Positions 50,936 through 61,745 of a stretch of DNA of 62,764 nt are shown here, one piece after another; position 1 is the stretch's first letter; each line of letters opens with the position of its first letter. The stretch is taken from the IMG/VR virus record IMGVR_UViG_2516143071_000006; one strand, given 5' to 3'. This DNA comes from a virus (Duplodnaviria; Heunggongvirae; Uroviricota; Caudoviricetes). Below the pieces are notes generated by a model. That model saw nothing but the letters and a program-made list of their open reading frames with translations. It made no database searches and was not told where the DNA came from. The position numbers and the translations under genes were made by a program.

Positions 50936-50984
50936 AGATGTGGCAGAATTATTCCCGTGTATTGCTCCATGCCCTGCCTGAATA

Positions 50985-51281
50985 TCAGATATTCATCAGG
51001 ATTTGCTCAGAACGTCCGGCCCCAACCGGACGTTTTTTATTTGCATGAACGTTAATGGCATGCTGGAAAGCCCGGCTGATCGGACTGATATCAGATGCCA
51101 TCTGAAACGCGCATAAAATCGCCGCGATGTATCGCCAGTCGGTACGACTGACCTTCGATTCATGACAGCCAATCATCTTCGCCAGTCCCCTTTGCGTCAG
51201 AGCTGACAGGTTGATAAGTAAATCCGTTTCAGCGCGATCGATATCGCGCTGTGATAGTTTGCTGTAACTTGTTTGTTCCAT
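50985..51281 (-). CDS. cII: CII-like transcriptional activator
   Basis: 98 aa with an HTH and C-terminal NKKRP...RSEQI motif like lambda CII; position after cro and nutR. Confidence 0.7.
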   Translation of the reverse strand: MEQTSYSKLSQRDIDRAETDLLINLSALTQRGLAKMIGCHESKVSRTDWRYIAAILCAFQMASDISPISRAFQHAINVHANKKRPVGAGRSEQILMNI

Positions 51282-51366
51282 TTCTTAAGATTTCCAATAG
51301 TGAATAGTTAGTTGAAAGGTATGCGTGGAAACGCATATGGCCTTAGTTGGTCAGATATATTGGGAC

Positions 51367-51412
51367 TCGCTTTGTCAGCGACGTAGGACGAATGTCCATT
51401 GTGAAAAGAGCG
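51367..51412 (-). promoter_or_regulatory. nutR candidate: boxA-like cgctctttt plus boxB hairpin
   Basis: Minus strand, just downstream of cro; boxB stem-loop ucgcugacaaagcga. Confidence 0.45.
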
Positions 51413-51419
51413 GTGTTAC

Positions 51420-51620
51420 TTATGCAGTTGTTTTTTTGTTACTTGGGAAGGGCTTTATTTCTTCCGCATAAACGCTTCCATCAGCGTTTATAGTTAAAAA
51501 AATCTTTCGGCCTGCATGAATGGCCTTGTTAATCGCGCTTTGATATACGCCGAGATCTTTAGCCGTCTTGGTTTGCCCAAAGCGTATTGCATAATCTTTC
51601 AGGGTTATGCGTTGTTCCAT
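51420..51620 (-). CDS. cro: Cro repressor, lambda-type
   Basis: [66 protein letters not shown], near-identical to lambda Cro as remembered. Confidence 0.9.
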   Translation of the reverse strand: MEQRITLKDYAIRFGQTKTAKDLGVYQSAINKAIHAGRKIFLTINADGSVYAEEIKPFPSNKKTTA

Positions 51621-51635
51621 ACAACCTCCTTAGTA

Positions 51636-51710
51636 CATGCAACCATTATCACCGCTAGAGGTAAAATAGTCAACACGCACGGTGTTAGATATTTATCCCT
51701 TGCGGTGATA
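51636..51710. promoter_or_regulatory. OR operator region with pR and pRM: OR1 51647..51663, OR2 51671..51687, OR3 51694..51710
   Basis: Matches the lambda OR1-OR2-OR3 layout and pR -35/-10 except for one base in OR1. Confidence 0.8.
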
Positions 51711-51717
51711 GATTTAA

Positions 51718-52434
<717 letters not shown>

Positions 52435-52480
52435 CAAGAAGCACAGGTATTAACAATAGCTTTCATGGTGATACGAATCA

Positions 52481-53023
52481 GTGGCTAAAAAAGGCGACTT
52501 TAAGCCTACCCAGAAAGAGGTTGACCAAGCTATTACTCGCTTGAAAAAAGTAACTTTTAGCGGAGTTACATGGACCGGAAGTGAGGGACGAACCCCAATC
52601 TGGTTTAAATTGGATCTCAAAGCTTTTGATGAAATTGGCAACCCAATCACAGGCATAAGATTTATGCTTCACTGGCGTCCTCCTATCGTTGAAGGGGTGG
52701 ATATAGTGAAGATTTCATTTGTGATGTTTCTTCATGACAGGCGCATTTACGCGCTTGATCCGTACCCTGCGGATAACAAGCCACACCGTAATAAATCTAT
52801 AGTGAACCATCCAGATTTTGTTGAGGTGGCTCGAGGTCCTCACTATCACATGTACTTCGAATCAGCTGGGGAAGAAATTGCACTTAAGCTTGAAACGAAC
52901 ATCAAGCCAGATGATTTTTTTGGCTACTGGAATTATTTTTGCGAGGCGCTTAATATCATATATGAAGGCAGCCCACCTTTACCTAATCAAGATAAATCAG
53001 GTCAGTTATCATGGGAAATGTAA
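52481..53023 (+). CDS. Unknown protein, first gene of a two-gene module in the rexA/rexB position
   Basis: 180-aa ORF 46 nt downstream of cI, co-oriented; AT-rich; no recognisable family. Confidence 0.6.
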   Translation: MAKKGDFKPTQKEVDQAITRLKKVTFSGVTWTGSEGRTPIWFKLDLKAFDEIGNPITGIRFMLHWRPPIVEGVDIVKISFVMFLHDRRIYALDPYPADNKPHRNKSIVNHPDFVEVARGPHYHMYFESAGEEIALKLETNIKPDDFFGYWNYFCEALNIIYEGSPPLPNQDKSGQLSWEM

Positions 53024-53787
53024 CGTGTTCAACAGTCATATCTAAGCTCGGGTTTGAATGCCACCCAATGAGCGACACGTTGCTGCGCGTTATTAGTCCA
53101 TTCACATACTACGATGATTGTGAGCAGATAAGTGTATTCGTTCAAGAGATGAGTGGTCAGTATAGGGTTACAGACTACTGCGATACATTGATGAATATTG
53201 AATCACGCGGCATCCACCTGACTAAAAAGAAAATTGATCTGATCAGGTCATCACTCGCTTCGCAAGGAATTTCATTAAATGACTCTGGAGAGATATCTGC
53301 GTGGGCAGATGAGTCGTCCGTTGGACAGGTAACTGCAAATGTTATTCGTGGTGGGATTCTTGCATCCGCCCAAACTGCTGATTGGTATGCTGAGGTCAAA
53401 GACGATAAGTTCGAAAAATGTGTAATCAGTTACTTAAAATCAGCAGGGCTTGGGAAGCGACTAGCCTTAAAGGAAAAAGTGAAAGGTATTAGTGGGCATA
53501 ACATTACTGTTCCGTTAACGCTAAGGAATGAGTCTCGACTAATACCACCAAAACGCGGGTTTACGGTAAGCCTTGCCAGCAGTAAGGGATGGAATACTGC
53601 CCACTCAACAGTTGGGAAGATTGTTGACTTAAGTCAGGTCGTTCCTGACATAAACAATAGATTTGTAATAGTTGACAGCGATGGGTTAACACCTGAGCTA
53701 CAGCAACTATCACTACTATTTAATGATACCGCACGAGTGTTGCCATTCCATACCAGAGACTCTTGGATTGAGTCTCTGGTAGCCTAG
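53011..53787 (+). CDS. Unknown protein, second gene of the module in the rexA/rexB position
   Basis: 258-aa ORF overlapping the upstream gene by 13 nt; ends about 180 bp before OL/pL. Confidence 0.6.
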   Translation: MGNVTCSTVISKLGFECHPMSDTLLRVISPFTYYDDCEQISVFVQEMSGQYRVTDYCDTLMNIESRGIHLTKKKIDLIRSSLASQGISLNDSGEISAWADESSVGQVTANVIRGGILASAQTADWYAEVKDDKFEKCVISYLKSAGLGKRLALKEKVKGISGHNITVPLTLRNESRLIPPKRGFTVSLASSKGWNTAHSTVGKIVDLSQVVPDINNRFVIVDSDGLTPELQQLSLLFNDTARVLPFHTRDSWIESLVA

Positions 53788-53970
53788 AAAAACCCGGCCT
53801 CAGCGCCGGGTTTTCTTTGCCTCACCCCCCCACCTAAAGACACATAACCAAATGTATTTATTGAAAAATAAATAGATACAACTCACTAAACATCGCAATT
53901 CAGATCTCTCGATCACCTCCCAAGCCACTCAACCCTGCAAAAAATAAATCCATATAAAAAACATACAGAT

Positions 53971-54039
53971 AACCATCTGCGGTGATAAATTATCTCTGGC
54001 GGTGTTGACATAAATACCACTGGCGGTGATACTAAACAC
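53971..54039 (+). promoter_or_regulatory. OL operator with pL promoter, lambda-type (OL3, OL2, OL1; -35 TTGACA, -10 GATACT)
   Basis: accatctgcggtgataaattatctctggcggtgttgacataaataccactggcggtgatact matches lambda OL/pL as remembered. Confidence 0.85.
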
Positions 54040-54101
54040 ATCAGCAGGACGCACTACTCACCAGGGCGGTGAATATACAACGATTCAAATATGAATCTAC
54101 G

Positions 54102-54116
54102 GCGCTGACAAAGCGC
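54102..54116 (+). promoter_or_regulatory. nutL boxB candidate, P22-type
   Basis: gcgctgacaaagcgc stem-loop between pL and N. Confidence 0.45.
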
Positions 54117-54281
54117 AATAACCAAAGTGAACTTTGGGGTGTGGTGAAGGGTTCATGGACGGGAATATGTCGCACGTAAAGCGGCGGGGCCTGCGGGACT
54201 ATTGCCGAATTGAAGTAGGCCGAAACAGGTCGAAATGGGTCTCCCACCTACCACACCACCAAAGTTCATCAGGAGGTCTAT

Positions 54282-54665
54282 ATGACACGCAGAACTCAGT
54301 TCAAAGGCAATTCACGCTCTCATCGTCGTGAGCGTTTAAAGGCAAAGGCATTAGCTAACGGCGTGCTGGCCCGCGAAGAAGCAATAAGTTCAGAAGTATT
54401 ACACCGCCCTACTCTAAGCAGAGCGCAGATTCAGGCTAAAGGTACTCACGAAACGCCTGAGCGCATAGAAGACGCTAAGCCAATTAAGTTCATGGCACAG
54501 GACGTGATCTGGCAACAGAAAGAATACAGACGCAATCTGGAGCGAGCAGCCATTGTGTACGCGAATGAGTTTGGACATAAGCAACCAGAAACTGGTGTAT
54601 GTCTTCCAAACGTAGCCATTTACGCGGCAGGCTACCGGAAATCAAAACAACTGACGGCGAGGTGA
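54282..54665 (+). CDS. N: N antiterminator (P22 gene 24-like, not lambda N)
   Basis: Arg-rich motif NSRSHRRERLKAKA; C-terminus VAIYAAGYRKSKQLTAR; first gene after pL. Confidence 0.75.
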   Translation: MTRRTQFKGNSRSHRRERLKAKALANGVLAREEAISSEVLHRPTLSRAQIQAKGTHETPERIEDAKPIKFMAQDVIWQQKEYRRNLERAAIVYANEFGHKQPETGVCLPNVAIYAAGYRKSKQLTAR

Positions 54666-55382
54666 TTGATGACCACGCCTTCAGTTTTGCCGCAAAAATT
54701 ATGGCGTCCGCTTGCAGAGATTAAAAACTTCGTTGAAAAAATGCCTGATGGAGTTCGCCTTACGGAAGTTACTAAAAAAGTTAAGACATTTGCCGAACTG
54801 TCAGGAAAGGAGAGAAACCAGCTCATAGATTTTATCGATAAACGGGAAAGCATCATTGTATTTAAGGTCAGAAAAGAAGGTTCTGGTAACGGAGTAACCT
54901 TTTTCCGCCACAAAAAATATGGATATCCCAAACGGGAAGGAAACGTCACAATCATTAAGGACCTTCAATCAAAATTATGTACCAGATGCGGGCAGACAAA
55001 ATCAGTCAATGATTTTTATTCAGATGCCAGCAAGCGTGACGGGAGAGCCATTTATTGCAAGAAGTGCGAATCTGCAATGAAACGCTCACGCAGAGAATGC
55101 AACAAATTAATTCTGCAACAACAGGAACCTGAAATGAATAACCTCAAAGCAGTTTCACCTTCACCAGAAATACTCAGAAAACAGGCTGAAGAATTGCTGA
55201 AAGCCGCCGAAATTGCGGAGAAAAAACGCCAGGAAGATGATGCATTCAACAAAAAACTTGCGCCCTTAAAACTTGAAATTCTTCAGGCCGCCGGAAAAAT
55301 GCAGCTTAAACTGGACGAATTCATCGACTGTATGGATGAAATGAATAAAGCAGTTCAGAAGCTTAAAGAGCTGACCGCCTGA
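54666..55382 (+). CDS. Hypothetical protein with a zinc-ribbon motif and coiled-coil C-terminus
   Basis: 238-aa AT-rich ORF directly after N; CTRCG...CKKCES. Confidence 0.5.
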   Translation: MMTTPSVLPQKLWRPLAEIKNFVEKMPDGVRLTEVTKKVKTFAELSGKERNQLIDFIDKRESIIVFKVRKEGSGNGVTFFRHKKYGYPKREGNVTIIKDLQSKLCTRCGQTKSVNDFYSDASKRDGRAIYCKKCESAMKRSRRECNKLILQQQEPEMNNLKAVSPSPEILRKQAEELLKAAEIAEKKRQEDDAFNKKLAPLKLEILQAAGKMQLKLDEFIDCMDEMNKAVQKLKELTA

Positions 55383-55413
55383 TATTAATAAATTGCAACT
55401 ACCGGAGTTAACT

Positions 55414-55773
55414 ATGAATGAAACAGAACTGAAGCACATTATCGCCCTGCTTCTGGAAGATGCCAGACAGGTTTATCGACTTAGCCCAAATTCCGCAACG
55501 CTGACACGCATCCAGATGGCAGAAAAAGCACTGAAACAGGACAATGGAAACGGCATATCCAAATTTAGCGCCGCCAGTGAAAATGAAGTAATAGAAATAA
55601 ACAGCAATATCAGCGACAGTTGCGTCGCTTACAGCCACCAAATAATTCGTGTAAGTGCAAGAATAATGGAAGTGATGGCAAGTGAGCTTGAAAAGAACAA
55701 CATCAAACCCACTGATTGTTGTTTAAGAACCGTAATGAACGTTATTTATTACTCGATGTTCCGAAGTCGCTAA
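55414..55773 (+). CDS. Hypothetical protein
   Basis: ORF 55393..55773 with a probable ATG at 55414. Confidence 0.4.
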   Translation: MNETELKHIIALLLEDARQVYRLSPNSATLTRIQMAEKALKQDNGNGISKFSAASENEVIEINSNISDSCVAYSHQIIRVSARIMEVMASELEKNNIKPTDCCLRTVMNVIYYSMFRSR

Positions 55774-55951
55774 CAGCGTCGAGTTTTTCATCAAAAAATG
55801 ATTCAAATGCATCGTAAAATACGGCAATAGCACCGCCCTTATCTACCGCGGCAGGAACTGCCTTTTGAGGTATATCTTTCTCCCTGAATTGTGTGTTGTA
55901 GGTATCGACAGCCAGCCGCATCAGAAACATCACTTTTTCTTCTTGTGTCAT
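55742..55951 (-). CDS. Hypothetical small protein, antisense to the pL operon
   Basis: 69-aa ORF convergent with the upstream gene. Confidence 0.3.
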   Translation of the reverse strand: MTQEEKVMFLMRLAVDTYNTQFREKDIPQKAVPAAVDKGGAIAVFYDAFESFFDEKLDAVSDFGTSSNK

Positions 55952-56190
55952 AAATTCACTCTCCTTACGGGGTTTGTAGTTGAGGAGTTCTCCACGGGTG
56001 AGGTGGAGATCGTGCGCCGGACACGGGTGAGTTCCGGCACTCTCAGTTTACTGAACAGACATTACCCTGAAAGCCAGGGTACAACACGAAAGTGCACGGC
56101 GAAGACTCTTACCCATTGAAGGCTTGTCGTTAGATTTCTTCGACCGTGCGCTTCCGGTTGTGAATAACAACATTGCTGTGTGTAGCCCTT

Positions 56191-56232
56191 GGCGGACATC
56201 GGTTTGCCGATTGCTGATGTCCGCCCTTTTTA
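56191..56232 (+). terminator. Intrinsic terminator inside the pL operon (tL-like)
   Basis: ggcggacatc...gatgtccgcc stem followed by ctttttaaag. Confidence 0.5.
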
Positions 56233-56389
56233 AAGTGAATTTTGTGATGCGGTGAATGCGGCTATGCGCACGCGGAACAGTTAAACCGACAGGATGTCAC
56301 GGAAAGTCATCGTCCCCTGACCCGGCGTTAGTTGTTAACTGGTTAACGTCACCCGGAGGCACCAGGCACCGCATCAACAAAGTTCATTT

Positions 56390-56629
56390 GTGAAAATGGA
56401 GATAATTATGATTGCTCATCACTTCGGAACTGATGAAATACCACGTCAGTGCGTGACGCCTGGCGATTATGTTCTTCATGAAGGTCGGACATATATCGCT
56501 TCAGCAAACAATATTGAAAAGAGAAAACTCTATATTCGTAACTTCACAACAAAAACATGCATTACCGACTGCATGATTAAAGTTTTCATCGGGCGCGATG
56601 GCTTACCCGTAAAAGCAGCGTCGTTGTGA
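56390..56629 (+). CDS. Hypothetical small protein
   Basis: 79-aa ORF; start may be the internal Met at 56408. Confidence 0.4.
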   Translation: MKMEIIMIAHHFGTDEIPRQCVTPGDYVLHEGRTYIASANNIEKRKLYIRNFTTKTCITDCMIKVFIGRDGLPVKAASL

Positions 56630-56712
56630 CGAGTAATAAAATACACCTTCCATATCTGTAACAGACAAGCCGAAATAAAACCGCATTAATTATCAATCAC
56701 GGAAAAATCAAA

Positions 56713-57099
56713 ATGAAAGAACTTGCGCAAAATGAAATATTTTCCAAAACCAGTCCTGATGCAATAAATGAACTCAAAGAAATTGCAGAACGCATCAGTA
56801 AAATATGCAAAGAATACAAAATCGACTTTGTATTTTCTTTTTCAGTGCTTACAGAAGTTGGAAATAACGAATATAAGGACAGTCGTTTTGTTTTATGTGG
56901 GTTAAATGGCAAAACACCAAGCCCATATATTCATGCTGCACGTGAAGTTGTCAGAAGCAACATTGGAGTACAACAAATCCATACACTTGCACAGGCTCTT
57001 GAGTTTGCAAGAGAAAATTCTGAGTGCGACTGCCCTGAATGCCAGCACGAAAAGGGAAAAACAACTCACAAAACAGCAAACCAGGCAACCTTCCACTGA
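56713..57099 (+). CDS. Hypothetical protein with a C-terminal Cys/His cluster
   Basis: 128 aa; ECDCPECQHEKGK. Confidence 0.45.
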   Translation: MKELAQNEIFSKTSPDAINELKEIAERISKICKEYKIDFVFSFSVLTEVGNNEYKDSRFVLCGLNGKTPSPYIHAAREVVRSNIGVQQIHTLAQALEFARENSECDCPECQHEKGKTTHKTANQATFH

Positions 57100-57206
57100 A
57101 ATAAAAATCCGGCAGCGCAGGCTACCGGATTTCTCCCTGCGTCACCGTATTCGGAGAAATCAGACAAAGGGCCGCTAATTCTAATCCAGCCAGAGGTTTA
57201 AATACA

Positions 57207-59279
57207 ATGAGCGCTGATAAACAGACTTTTGCACTACACTGCGAAGCAAAAAACGATAAAGTCAGAAAACGCCTTGGCATCAAAGGCGGTTTTTTCTGGA
57301 CCGAGGCCAGAAAACTTTCTGTCGCAGTTTCCCGCTGCATTGCAGCCATGGACGATGCAGGCTACGACGAGGATGATTTCAAAAAACCCGTTCGCGTAAA
57401 TTTCCCCGTCGTGAATGACCTTCCACCGGAAGGCGTGTTTGATACTGAATTCTGCAACCGCTATGAAAAAGGCGGTAACGATGGCATCACCATGATGGCT
57501 ATCCCCTTCGATGACAACATCAACGGTGAAGATGCCACAACTGCTGGCGATGACAACGATAACCTGGACGGAACTATTCCGGATGATGTGGAGAAAAGCG
57601 AATCCCCGGACAGCGACGATGACTGTTCTGAGTGTGAAATTCCCGTCGCCACTCTGAGCCTTACTCATCGCTTCCTTCACCTCTTCTTATTCAGCAAAGA
57701 TGAAGATGGAAAATACCGGCATCATGCCACACCAGAACAACGCAATAACGTGATCCGTATGGAGATGGACACAGAGGACAGTTACCTTCAGAGCCTGCTT
57801 ACTGCTGTGCGCGCCGCGCATCATGAACTGGATAAACTGACGAACTATCACCTTAGTCGCCTGGCTGAATCTGTAGGGAAAGCATTCCCCCACTCTGCAA
57901 ATCATCGCATCAGCCCGGCTGAATTCGACAAGTTCATTTCCACCTGGATGAAAACTGACTACCTTGATCAGGGCCTGCTGACAAAAGAATGGCAGAACGG
58001 AAATTATGTTTCAGGCATTACCCGTACGCCTTCCGGTGCTAACGCTGGCGGCGGAAATATTACCGATCGTGGTGAAGGATTCAAACATGATAAGACATCA
58101 CTCGCACGAGATGTAGCCACCGGCGTTCTGGCCCGTTCAATGGATGTGGATATTTATAACCTGCACCCAGCACACGCAAAACGCGTTGAAGAAATCGTGT
58201 CAGAGAATAAGCCGCCCTTTTCTGTTTTTCGCGACAAATTTATCGCCATGCCCGGTGGGCTGGATTATTCCCGCGCCATTGTGGTGGCTTCCGTGAAAGA
58301 AGCACCAATCGGCATTGAGGCCATCCCGGCACGCGTGACTGAATATCTCAACAAAGTGTTGACCGAAACCGATCACACTAACCCGGATCCGGAAATCGTG
58401 GAAATTGCCTGCGGTCGCTCATCAGCACCGATGCCGCAGCGCGGAACAGCAGAAGGAAAACATGGCGATGAAGAAAAGCAACAAGCATCGGACACAATGG
58501 CTAATGAACAGGCAGCGCCTGAATCAGTGGAAGAAATTCCAGTTAAACATAATGAGGACACGCAATCACTGGAAAATGTCTCATCTGTAGAAACGAAATA
58601 CCAGGAACTGAGGGAGGAACTCAATAAAGCCAGGGAAAACATCCCCCCAAAAAATCCAGTCGATGCCGACAAATTACTGGCTGCCTCGCGTGGAGAATTC
58701 GTTGAAGGCATCAGTAACCCTGCTGATCCGAAGTGGGTTAAGGGGATCCAGACTCGCGACACTGAGGACCAGAATCAGTCCAAAGTGGAACAAATTGCCC
58801 CAGAAGCGGGACAAAACAGCCCGGATACGCAACAAAACGGGCCAGAAGAGCAACAGCCAGGGCCAGTAATGCAACAGGAAGTGGAAAAGGTTTGCACCAC
58901 ATGCAGTCAGAACGGTGGCGGCCATTGCCCTGACTGTGGTCCAGTAATGGGAGATGAAACTTACGCTGAAACTTTTGGAGAAAATGACGCCGCTGATGGA
59001 GAAGACTCAGCACAAACTGAGGAGAAGATCATTCAGGAAAACGCTGTTGATGCCGCTCAGGAGGGCGAAACCGTTGTTCAGAACGAGCCAGGCAGTGATA
59101 CGTCCGGCGATGACGCCAATTCTGAGCCAGTAACTCTCGACTGGAAAAGACAGCTCGTGATTGCCGCCGTCTATGGTTTGTGCGCCAACCCCGCATGTAT
59201 AGCCACAGCGCCAGCAATCCCTGATATCGCCATCATGATTGCCAACAGGCTTGAAAATTTCGGAGGTGATAAATCATGA
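57207..59279 (+). CDS. Large acidic hypothetical protein (690 aa) immediately upstream of gam
   Basis: Long ORF with Asp/Glu-rich tracts and a [16 protein letters not shown] motif; stop overlaps the gam start (ATGA). Confidence 0.6.
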   Translation: MSADKQTFALHCEAKNDKVRKRLGIKGGFFWTEARKLSVAVSRCIAAMDDAGYDEDDFKKPVRVNFPVVNDLPPEGVFDTEFCNRYEKGGNDGITMMAIPFDDNINGEDATTAGDDNDNLDGTIPDDVEKSESPDSDDDCSECEIPVATLSLTHRFLHLFLFSKDEDGKYRHHATPEQRNNVIRMEMDTEDSYLQSLLTAVRAAHHELDKLTNYHLSRLAESVGKAFPHSANHRISPAEFDKFISTWMKTDYLDQGLLTKEWQNGNYVSGITRTPSGANAGGGNITDRGEGFKHDKTSLARDVATGVLARSMDVDIYNLHPAHAKRVEEIVSENKPPFSVFRDKFIAMPGGLDYSRAIVVASVKEAPIGIEAIPARVTEYLNKVLTETDHTNPDPEIVEIACGRSSAPMPQRGTAEGKHGDEEKQQASDTMANEQAAPESVEEIPVKHNEDTQSLENVSSVETKYQELREELNKARENIPPKNPVDADKLLAASRGEFVEGISNPADPKWVKGIQTRDTEDQNQSKVEQIAPEAGQNSPDTQQNGPEEQQPGPVMQQEVEKVCTTCSQNGGGHCPDCGPVMGDETYAETFGENDAADGEDSAQTEEKIIQENAVDAAQEGETVVQNEPGSDTSGDDANSEPVTLDWKRQLVIAAVYGLCANPACIATAPAIPDIAIMIANRLENFGGDKS

Positions 59280-59572
59280 ATGCCTGGCTTATCCCCGATC
59301 GCATTGAAGAGCAGTCATGGGCACGACACTACCAGCAAATTGCCCGTGAAGAAACTGAAGCTGAGCTGGCAGACGACCTGGAAAAAGGTCTGCCCCAACA
59401 CCTGTTTGAATCGCTATGCATCGATAATCTGCAACGTCACGGGGCCAGCAAAAAAGCTATTTCCCGTGCATTTGATGACGATGTCGATTTTCAGGAACGC
59501 ATGGCAGAACACATCCGCTACATGGCTGAAACCATCGCCCGTCACCAAATTAATATTGATTCAGAGGTATAA
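59276..59572 (+). CDS. gam: Gam (RecBCD inhibitor), lambda-type
   Basis: [22 protein letters not shown]...[13 protein letters not shown]...[14 protein letters not shown]...[11 protein letters not shown] resembles lambda Gam. Confidence 0.9.
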   Translation: MNAWLIPDRIEEQSWARHYQQIAREETEAELADDLEKGLPQHLFESLCIDNLQRHGASKKAISRAFDDDVDFQERMAEHIRYMAETIARHQINIDSEV

Positions 59573-59577
59573 AACGG

Positions 59578-60363
59578 ATGAGTACAGCACTCGCAACGCT
59601 GGCAGGGAAGCTGGCTGAACGTGTCGGCATGGATTCTGTCGACCCACAGGAACTAATCACCACTCTTCGCCAGACGGCATTTAAAGGTGATGCCAGCGAT
59701 GCGCAATTTATCGCATTGTTGATCGTCGCCAACCAGTACGGCCTTAATCCCTGGACGAAAGAAATTTACGCCTTCCCTGACAAGCAGAACGGCATCGTTC
59801 CGGTGGTTGGCGTTGATGGCTGGTCCCGCATTATCAATGAAAACCAGCAGTTTGATGGCATGGACTTTGAGCAGGACAATGAGTCCTGTACATGCCGGAT
59901 TTACCGCAAAGATCGCAATCACCCGATCTGCGTTACCGAGTGGATGGATGAATGTCGCCGCGCACCATTCAAAACCCGCGAAGGCAGAGAAATCACCGGA
60001 CCGTGGCAGTCGCATCCCAAACGGATGTTACGGCACAAAGCCATGATTCAGTGTGCTCGCCTGGCCTTCGGATTTGCTGGCATCTATGACAAGGATGAAG
60101 CCGAGCGTATTGTCGAAAATACTGCATATACTACAGAACGTCAGCCGGAACGCGACATCACCCCGGTTAACGAAGAAACCATGTCGGAAATTAACGCCCT
60201 TCTTACTTCCATGGAAAAAACGTGGGATGACGACCTGTTGCCGCTCTGTTCCCAGATTTTTCGCCGCAACATTTACACATCTTCAGAACTAACACAGGCT
60301 GAAGCTGTGAAGGTTCTTGGATTCCTGAAACAGAAAGTCACAGAGCAGAAGGTAGCAGCATGA
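59578..60363 (+). CDS. bet: Bet (Red-beta single-strand annealing protein), lambda-type
   Basis: [66 protein letters not shown]... near-identical to lambda Bet as remembered. Confidence 0.95.
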   Translation: MSTALATLAGKLAERVGMDSVDPQELITTLRQTAFKGDASDAQFIALLIVANQYGLNPWTKEIYAFPDKQNGIVPVVGVDGWSRIINENQQFDGMDFEQDNESCTCRIYRKDRNHPICVTEWMDECRRAPFKTREGREITGPWQSHPKRMLRHKAMIQCARLAFGFAGIYDKDEAERIVENTAYTTERQPERDITPVNEETMSEINALLTSMEKTWDDDLLPLCSQIFRRNIYTSSELTQAEAVKVLGFLKQKVTEQKVAA

Positions 60364-61040
60364 CACCGGACATTATCCTGCAACGTACAGGGATCGACGT
60401 GAGAGCTGTCGAACAGGGGGATGATGCGTGGCACAAATTACGGCTCGGCGTCATCACCGCTTCAGAAGTTCACAACGTGATAGCAAAACCCCGCTCAGGA
60501 AAGAAATGGCCTGACATGAAAATGTCCTACTTCCACACCCTGCTTGCTGAGGTTTGCACCGGTGTGGCTCCGGAAGTTAATGCCAAAGCACTGGCCTGGG
60601 GAAAACAATACGAGAACGACGCCAGAGTCCTGTTTGAGTTCACCTCCGGCGTGAATGTTACTGAATCCCCGATTATCTATCGCGACGAAAGTATGCGTAC
60701 AGCCTGCTCTCCCGACGGTTTATGCAGTGACGGCAACGGCCTTGAGCTGAAATGTCCGTTTACCTCCCGGGATTTCATGAAATTCCGGCTCGGTGGTTTC
60801 GAGGCCATAAAATCAGCTTACATGGCCCAGGTGCAATTCAGCATGTGGGTGACTCGAAAAGATGCCTGGTACTTTGCCAACTATGACCCGCGCATGAAGC
60901 GTGAAGGCCTGCATTATGTCGTGGTCGAGCGGGATGAAAAATACATGGCTGGTTTTGACGAGATGGTGCCGGAGTTCATCGAAAAAATGGACGAAGCACT
61001 GGCTGAAATTAGTTTTGTATTTGGGGAGCAATGGCGATAG
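60360..61040 (+). CDS. exo: Exo (Red-alpha 5'-3' exonuclease), lambda-type
   Basis: [50 protein letters not shown]... near-identical to lambda Exo as remembered. Confidence 0.95.
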   Translation: MTPDIILQRTGIDVRAVEQGDDAWHKLRLGVITASEVHNVIAKPRSGKKWPDMKMSYFHTLLAEVCTGVAPEVNAKALAWGKQYENDARVLFEFTSGVNVTESPIIYRDESMRTACSPDGLCSDGNGLELKCPFTSRDFMKFRLGGFEAIKSAYMAQVQFSMWVTRKDAWYFANYDPRMKREGLHYVVVERDEKYMAGFDEMVPEFIEKMDEALAEISFVFGEQWR

Positions 61041-61087
61041 CCGTAGCAACGAGGTGAAAATGATATGACAGTTAAGGAATTCTACCG

Positions 61088-61339
61088 GTGTTCGTCCTGA
61101 TCCAGCGCGGGCAATCTTTCGTCGATGCCAACAACTATCCGGTGGAAATCTGCAAGGTAACTCTTACTCAGGTGATCTACCGAAGACTCGACGGCAGAAC
61201 CCGAGCCACTTCAATTGGTGCATTTAATGAAGAATTTGAGCGAGTCGACCACAACGAACTACACATGATTAAAGCGGAAATTGAGAAGGAAATGCATATT
61301 GCCAGCCTTCGAAAAATGCGACGTACATCAATCAACTGA
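61088..61339 (+). CDS. Hypothetical small protein between exo and xis
   Basis: 83-aa ORF. Confidence 0.35.
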   Translation: MFVLIQRGQSFVDANNYPVEICKVTLTQVIYRRLDGRTRATSIGAFNEEFERVDHNELHMIKAEIEKEMHIASLRKMRRTSIN

Positions 61340-61373
61340 CAACCGCCTTCGGGCGGTTTTTAATGGCAAAAAT

Positions 61374-61745
61374 ATGGATTCACACAGTATCACCCTCAAA
61401 GAGGCCTGTAAGTTTCTCAAGATATCAAGGCCAACAGCTGTTAACTGGATACGAACGGGCCGACTACAGGCAACCCGAAAAAATTCTTCCGGTAAAAGAT
61501 CACCTTATCTCACAACCCGGCAAGCCTGCATTGCAGCACTTCATTCACCGCTGCATACTGTCCAGGTGAGCGCGGGTGATGGCATAACAGAGGAAAGAAA
61601 ATGTCACTCTTCCGCAGAGGTGAAATATGGTACGCCTCGTACTCGCTCCCGGGCGGGAAGCGAATTAAGGAGTCTCTTGGCACAAAGGACAAGCGGCAAG
61701 CTCAGGAGTTGCACGACAAGCGAAAAGCAGAACTCTGGCGAGTAG
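61374..61745 (+). CDS. xis: Excisionase-like HTH protein; reading frame runs 145 nt into int
   Basis: [32 protein letters not shown] resembles excisionase-family DNA-binding proteins; no stop until 61745. Confidence 0.5.
   Translation: MDSHSITLKEACKFLKISRPTAVNWIRTGRLQATRKNSSGKRSPYLTTRQACIAALHSPLHTVQVSAGDGITEERKCHSSAEVKYGTPRTRSRAGSELRSLLAQRTSGKLRSCTTSEKQNSGE

Noticed and set aside
50752-50970. 72-aa ORF upstream of O encoding repeated QQPQQPEADWVNP
   Set aside because: Created by the tandem DNA duplication of an O segment; more likely non-coding repeat DNA.
52481-53787. Considered calling these rexA and rexB
   Set aside because: Sizes, order and sequences do not fit: no four-TM RexB-like protein and no similarity to RexA as remembered.
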